Shown here piece after piece: positions 59,655 through 64,000 of a DNA stretch of 64,000 nucleotides. A program made the translations under genes and the position numbers. Position 1 is the stretch's first letter. Each line of letters begins with the position of its first letter. The notes below the pieces were generated by a model. The model did not search any database. It had not been told where the DNA came from and was given only the letters and a program-made list of their open reading frames with translations. The DNA lies in the NCBI GenBank assembly GCA_030522375.1, contig CP130488.1, positions 1,335,929 to 1,399,928 on the forward strand. Direction: 5' to 3'. Source of the DNA: Methanosuratincola petrocarbonis. GTDB taxonomy: Archaea; Thermoproteota; Methanomethylicia; Methanomethylicales; Methanomethylicaceae.

Positions 59655-59822
59655 TGGGGCTGGAGGGACTTGAACCCCCGACATGCGGGTTTCCCCGCCT
59701 AGCCGCTCCAGAAGAAAATCATCCCTAAAGGTCATATTTTCTTCAATGAAGCCTCTGGAGCCCTTAACGAGGCGCGGGTTTCCCCTTCGCCTTGCCGTCA
59801 TACCGTGCTAGACCACAGCCCC
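59655..59822 (-). tRNA. tRNA-Trp(CCA) with two introns (30 nt at 28/29; 64 nt at 37/38)
   Basis: Removing 59764-59793 and 59691-59754 restores GCGGG-CT-CCA-GA-CCCGC; GGGGCTG/CAGCCCC acceptor; CCA tail not encoded. Confidence 0.9.
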
Positions 59823-59927
59823 ACCAAATTCAGAGAAAATAAACGGTATTATATAAACCTAATTTGGCATGGTTTTGATCCTATGGAAAAATTCCCTTTT
59901 AATTGGTAAGAATATTTGTGTTGATTA

Positions 59928-60025
59928 TGGAGCCTCAGGCGGGGTTTGAACCCGCGACCACCGCCTATTTGGGTCCTATCGACAGCTTACCAAGGCGGTG
60001 CTCTACCAGGCTGAGCCACTGAGGC
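59928..60025 (-). tRNA. tRNA-Thr(GGU) with ~21-nt intron at 37/38
   Basis: CCGCC-TT-GGT-A [intron] A-GGCGG; GCCTCAG acceptor; CCA. Confidence 0.92.
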
Positions 60026-60136
60026 GCCGATATTTAACCGACACATAAGGTTAATTAATTTTTTGCAAAACCAACAACCTAAAAAAAGGAAATTAAGCAA
60101 CAATATTAATGTCTAGATAAAGGATCGGCGAGCGCA

Positions 60137-60682
60137 TTGAAATGGAGCTACACAGGACCGATGGCGGTAGCTTCACTTTACATAGCGATATTAATCTCTA
60201 TATCAATTTCACCATGGTTCAATTGGTTAGAGAATGCGCTCAGCGACCTAGGAAATCTCAGAAATCAGTCTGCCCCTTTTTTTAATGGAGGGCTGCTCAT
60301 CTCGGGGCTTTTAATCATTACGTACAGCATAAAGGGATTCCGAATAAAAGCTCCGCTCACTGCAAAATTTTTAGCGCTCACGGGCTTTTCTCTTCAGTTG
60401 GTAGGTGTTTTCTGCGAGAATTACGGAAGGATTCATTTTTATGTCTCTCTAATGCTGTTCCTGTTTTTGCTCTTAACCGGGCTTGCCTATTTCTTCGAAA
60501 CGAAGAATTACTTGGCTTTGCTAATTCTGTTGGCAATCCCAATTTGGTGGCTATATTTTAATGATGTAATTTTTCATGGCGCAGCAGTGCCAGAAATGAT
60601 TTCTTCACTGTTGACGCTTCCATGGCTTTTTGCTGCTTTTATCGAAAGTGAAAGATCGTCTAACATAGACAGCCGCCATTAG
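60137..60682 (+). CDS. DUF998 family membrane protein
   Basis: PWFNW.ENALSDLG, FNGGL, LVGVF.E, H. Confidence 0.8.
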   Translation: MKWSYTGPMAVASLYIAILISISISPWFNWLENALSDLGNLRNQSAPFFNGGLLISGLLIITYSIKGFRIKAPLTAKFLALTGFSLQLVGVFCENYGRIHFYVSLMLFLFLLLTGLAYFFETKNYLALLILLAIPIWWLYFNDVIFHGAAVPEMISSLLTLPWLFAAFIESERSSNIDSRH

Positions 60683-60834
60683 GAGCTTATATTAAGACAC
60701 AGCTACAGAAAATTGCATAAAAATTGAACATAGAAATAAAAAAGACCTGACATTTCTATATGAATGCGCTTCCATAAATAATTATTCGGAATTTTTTATA
60801 TTTTTGGTTTGGGAGGTATAATAAGGAGGGGATT

Positions 60835-61650
60835 ATGAAAACGACATTAAAAGAAGAGTTCCCCAGTATAATTGATGTCGCATACAGCGAGTACAAGAAG
60901 CACAAGCATGTCTCGGAAATAATGAGTACGGAATTGAAATACATCGAACAAGAAAGAACCATGCTTGAGGCCGCAAAAATAATGGGAGAGCACCACATAG
61001 GAAGCCTTTTGGTCAAAGGGCAAGAACGCCCACTTGGAATAGTCACCGAAAGAGATCTTCTGACACGAGTTATTGCTGCAGATAAAAAACCAAACGAGGT
61101 AAGGGTTTTTGACGTTTATTCACCAAGACTTGTAACCATAAGACCGCAAGCCACAATCAGGGAAGCTGCAAGAACGATGATAAAGCAGAAAGGCAAGTTG
61201 GTAGTCACAGAAGATCGGAAGGCGGTCGGAATAGTGACCGCTTCAGACCTAATAAAGTCATTACCTGAGGCTCCAGAAACTACTGTTTTGGTAAAATACT
61301 TCATGACCAGAAAAGTCAGGACCGTAGATCCTGAGGAAAAAATTGTAAACGCTGCAAAGATCATGGGTAAAGAAAGAATTGGATCTTTAATAGTAACTAA
61401 GGAAGGCAAGCCGTGGGGGATATTCACCGAAAGGGATCTGCTTTCTAAGGTGATTTACAAGGAGGTCTCTCTCGAAGAGGAAGTACAGAAGTTCGCTTCT
61501 TCATTAATTACTATCGAATCCGATTGGAGCATACACAGGGCAGCCATGCTAATGGCCTCAAGGCATGTCAGGAGACTGCCCGTTTTAGAGGATGGAGAAC
61601 TATCGGGCATAATAACCGCAAGAGATCTGGTCGAAGCATACTCAATGTAA
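60835..61650 (+). CDS. CBS-domain protein (4 CBS)
   Basis: Repeated GIVTERD/GIFTERD/GIITARD. Confidence 0.9.
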   Translation: MKTTLKEEFPSIIDVAYSEYKKHKHVSEIMSTELKYIEQERTMLEAAKIMGEHHIGSLLVKGQERPLGIVTERDLLTRVIAADKKPNEVRVFDVYSPRLVTIRPQATIREAARTMIKQKGKLVVTEDRKAVGIVTASDLIKSLPEAPETTVLVKYFMTRKVRTVDPEEKIVNAAKIMGKERIGSLIVTKEGKPWGIFTERDLLSKVIYKEVSLEEEVQKFASSLITIESDWSIHRAAMLMASRHVRRLPVLEDGELSGIITARDLVEAYSM

Positions 61651-61700
61651 GCCAAAATTAATTAGAACGTTAGAAGTATATAGAAATGGAGGAGGCAGTT

Positions 61701-61991
61701 TTGCCTTATTATGTACTTCTATCCAACCTAACAGCAGAAGGAAGGAAGACGATAAAGGAGAAGCCCGATAGGATCAAGGAGGTCAACAAGGAGATCGAGG
61801 CGCTGGGCGCTAAGATGATACACCAGTTCGCGACGCTTGGGCCGTATGACTTTGTGAACATAATCGAAGCACCGTCCAACGAAGTTGTTTACAAAATATC
61901 AGCTGAGTTCGGTTCTAGAGGCACCGTGAAGATACTATCTATGCCCGCAGTCCCCGTTGATACATTCATAAAAGACCTCAAAACCAAGTGA
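61701..61991 (+). CDS. GYD domain protein
   Basis: LT.EG.K, TLGPYDFV...EAP; TTG start after GGAGG. Confidence 0.85.
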   Translation: MPYYVLLSNLTAEGRKTIKEKPDRIKEVNKEIEALGAKMIHQFATLGPYDFVNIIEAPSNEVVYKISAEFGSRGTVKILSMPAVPVDTFIKDLKTK

Positions 61992-62031
61992 TTTCCCTAT
62001 TCACTTTTTTATTTTTAGGAAGTGGTGCACG

Positions 62032-62334
62032 ATGAAATTGAAAACCAAAGAGCTAGTAAACTATCAGACCAATAGCATTGTGAGCAGCGTGCTTTTGGAC
62101 GAAGATTGCGGCAGCCTTACAATTTTTGCTTTCGACAAAGGTCAAAAACTGAGCGAGCACACCGCCCCTTACGATGCATTTATACAAATTATTGAAGGGC
62201 AGGCTGAGATAACAATCCAGGGAGAGAAATACGTCTTGGACGAAGGAGATTCTATAATCCTCCCTGCGAACAAGCCACATGCAGTCAATGCATCAGATAT
62301 GTTTAAAATGCTTTTATTTATGATCAAAAAATAA
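62032..62334 (+). CDS. Cupin domain protein
   Basis: FAFDKGQ.LSEHTAP, PAN.PHA. Confidence 0.9.
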   Translation: MKLKTKELVNYQTNSIVSSVLLDEDCGSLTIFAFDKGQKLSEHTAPYDAFIQIIEGQAEITIQGEKYVLDEGDSIILPANKPHAVNASDMFKMLLFMIKK

Positions 62335-62345
62335 CTTTTTTAGAT

Positions 62346-62449
62346 TGGTGCGGGGAGTGGGATTTGAACCCACGAAGGCCTTCGCCAAAGGATAACCCAT
62401 CTTAAAGATCTTGAGTCCTTCCCCTTTGACCTGGCTAGGGGATCCCCGC
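62346..62449 (-). tRNA. tRNA-Leu(CAA) with ~16-nt intron at 37/38
   Basis: AAGGA-CT-CAA-G [ATCTTTAAGATGGGTT] A-TCCTT; variable arm; CCA. Confidence 0.92.
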
Positions 62450-62523
62450 CCACGGAGATTAGAAATCCTAGGGATATTTAAGCATAAAGCTAATCTAATC
62501 TTTCCTAGGAATGCACAGAAAGA

Positions 62524-62760
62524 TCATTGCCCGAACAAATACGGGAGAAGGAACATTGCGACCAGAAGGGCACCCATTGCAGCAATGAATATGTAACTGA
62601 TTTTTTGTTGGCGACTTGCCTTATTCAACTCGTCCTCATACTTCTTTTTACAGAGGTCACTACAGTATTTTTCGCCCTCTGGAATCGCATTCCCGCACAC
62701 CATACAGTGGCTATGTGGCCCCCATCTTTCTTCATAGCTTTTCTTTGACACCATAATCAC
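62524..62760 (-). CDS. DUF2116 Zn-ribbon membrane protein
   Basis: PH.HC.VCG.AIP....CS..C plus C-terminal TM. Confidence 0.85.
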   Translation of the reverse strand: MIMVSKKSYEERWGPHSHCMVCGNAIPEGEKYCSDLCKKKYEDELNKASRQQKISYIFIAAMGALLVAMFLLPYLFGQ

Positions 62761-62763
62761 CTT

Positions 62764-63459
62764 TCAAGGGACGATTAATGTGCCTATCCCCTCTTCCAAA
62801 TCGGCACAAGCGGCTTGGATATTCATGGGATTTGTCCCATCTATTATCTTTGTGGTAATCCCTGACCTTTGAATAATCCTTAGAGCCACAGGATCCAGAA
62901 GCTCATATTCACCGGCTCTTGTGCCAAGCGACTCTAGAATCCTGCTCAATTCCGAAACAGACACTTTGCTCAGGCGCCTTGCGTTTGGATCTTTTCTAGG
63001 ATCAGAAGTATAGACCCCATCAACGGTTGTTGTGTTGATTAGTAAATCCGAATTCGTGAATTCCGCCAAGACGCATGCCACGGCATTAGTGGACTGTCCT
63101 GGCTGGAGTCCTCCCATCACTATTATCTTTCCTGTGCTCTTTGCCTTCTGCATCTCATCATAGCTGGTAGGAACGAAAGGGCAGGCAAGATCCCCCAAAG
63201 CTATAGAAAATATCTTGGCATTCAGGTTGGCTATCTTTATTCCAATGAAGTCGCATGTCGACTCGTCTGCACCCTGTTGCCTTGCCATTTGAATGTAATA
63301 CCTTGCAGGGGCCCCGCCCCCTACCACGATGTTCACTTCATGACCGCTGGAAACGAGTTCCTTGATGACTCCTACATATTCGGAGATCTTTGCTTGCATA
63401 TCGAGCGTAGGGAACAGAACATGACCGCTGAGCTTGATGGTTACCCTCAAAGCAAGCAC
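62764..63459 (-). CDS. pyrH: UMP kinase
   Basis: IKLSG, VVGGG..AR.YI, PGQST.AV, VDGVY..DP. Confidence 0.93.
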   Translation of the reverse strand: MLALRVTIKLSGHVLFPTLDMQAKISEYVGVIKELVSSGHEVNIVVGGGAPARYYIQMARQQGADESTCDFIGIKIANLNAKIFSIALGDLACPFVPTSYDEMQKAKSTGKIIVMGGLQPGQSTNAVACVLAEFTNSDLLINTTTVDGVYTSDPRKDPNARRLSKVSVSELSRILESLGTRAGEYELLDPVALRIIQRSGITTKIIDGTNPMNIQAACADLEEGIGTLIVP

Positions 63460-63504
63460 CGATGAGACTTAATAGTATAAGTTATATAAAGGTTTGAAGG
63501 ATTC

Positions 63505-64000
63505 ATGGATTCCGAGGTCCAAGTGTTGTCCACCGCTGAAAGGAGCTCCCTCGAGACTTACAGGTTAAAGAAGTTGATAGAGGAGCTGGAGTCCAAAGAA
63601 GGCAAAGCAACAGAGCTCATATCGCAGTACATCCCGCCCAATAGGCAGATTTCGGATGCAATGTCGAACCTCAGAGAGGAGCTGGGGACCTCAGCCAACA
63701 TAAAATCCAAGTCCACGCGAAAAAATGTCCAGGATGCGATAGAGAGCATAATCCAAAAATTAAAACTGTTCAGAACCCCTCCCAAAAACGGCCTTGTAAT
63801 ATTTAGCGGCGCAATTCCTAGGGGAGGACCGGGAACCGAAAAGATCGAAACCTTTGTCATTGAGCCCCCTGAGCCGATAAGCCTTTTCCTTTACCGGTGT
63901 GATTCAAAGTTTTACTTGGACCCGATCAAGGAAATGCTAGTTGAGAAAGAAATCTACGGACTGCTCGTGATGGATAGGAGCGATGCCACCTTTGCGCTGT
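63505..64000 (+). CDS. Peptide chain release factor aRF1 (N-terminal part, runs off window)
   Basis: Manual translation: TELIS.YIPP, NIKSK.TRKNV, NGLVIF, YRCDSKF. Confidence 0.93.
   Translation, partial: MDSEVQVLSTAERSSLETYRLKKLIEELESKEGKATELISQYIPPNRQISDAMSNLREELGTSANIKSKSTRKNVQDAIESIIQKLKLFRTPPKNGLVIFSGAIPRGGPGTEKIETFVIEPPEPISLFLYRCDSKFYLDPIKEMLVEKEIYGLLVMDRSDATFAL

Noticed and set aside
63505-63720. aRF1 has ATE instead of GTE and TSANIKS instead of TASNIKS, suggesting altered stop recognition
   Set aside because: Ala at this position is recalled from crenarchaeal aRF1s; NIKS and YxCxxxF are intact, and all three stop codons are used
1-64000. CRISPR arrays, transposases, integrases, defence systems
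   Set aside because: No spaced direct repeats or mobile-element or defence motifs were recognised

Overview
Gene-dense chromosomal segment of a TACK/Thermoproteota-type archaeon. Supporting signs are a Cren7-like chromatin protein, a stand-alone 5S rRNA, tRNA introns including a non-canonical one, a His-less splicing-endonuclease subunit and archaeal translation genes. The FrhB-like and DUF2117 genes would fit Methanomethylicia/Verstraetearchaeota, but that assignment is inference. The standard code is used, and TAG ends several genes. The window holds an archaellum operon (arlB-CDE-like-G-F-H-I), a C1A protease with a stop-broken prepro region, bacterioferritin and permease genes, and a ribophorin-I-like membrane protein near dolichol-kinase-like and sugar-epimerase genes. 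It also holds gcvPA/PB, a nine-gene Mrp/complex-I-like membrane module with three antiporter subunits, many housekeeping genes, seven tRNAs, SRP RNA and 5S rRNA. The best candidates for something new are two unannotated ~100-nt RNA hairpins of shared architecture between pheT and tyrS, and a two-intron tRNA-Trp whose extra intron repeats the other intron's 3' splice region. The ribophorin-I-like protein, the headless three-antiporter module and a Zn-ribbon Cren7 are also worth follow-up. No CRISPR array, IS element or provirus was seen. Family calls come from motif recognition by eye, not from database searches.
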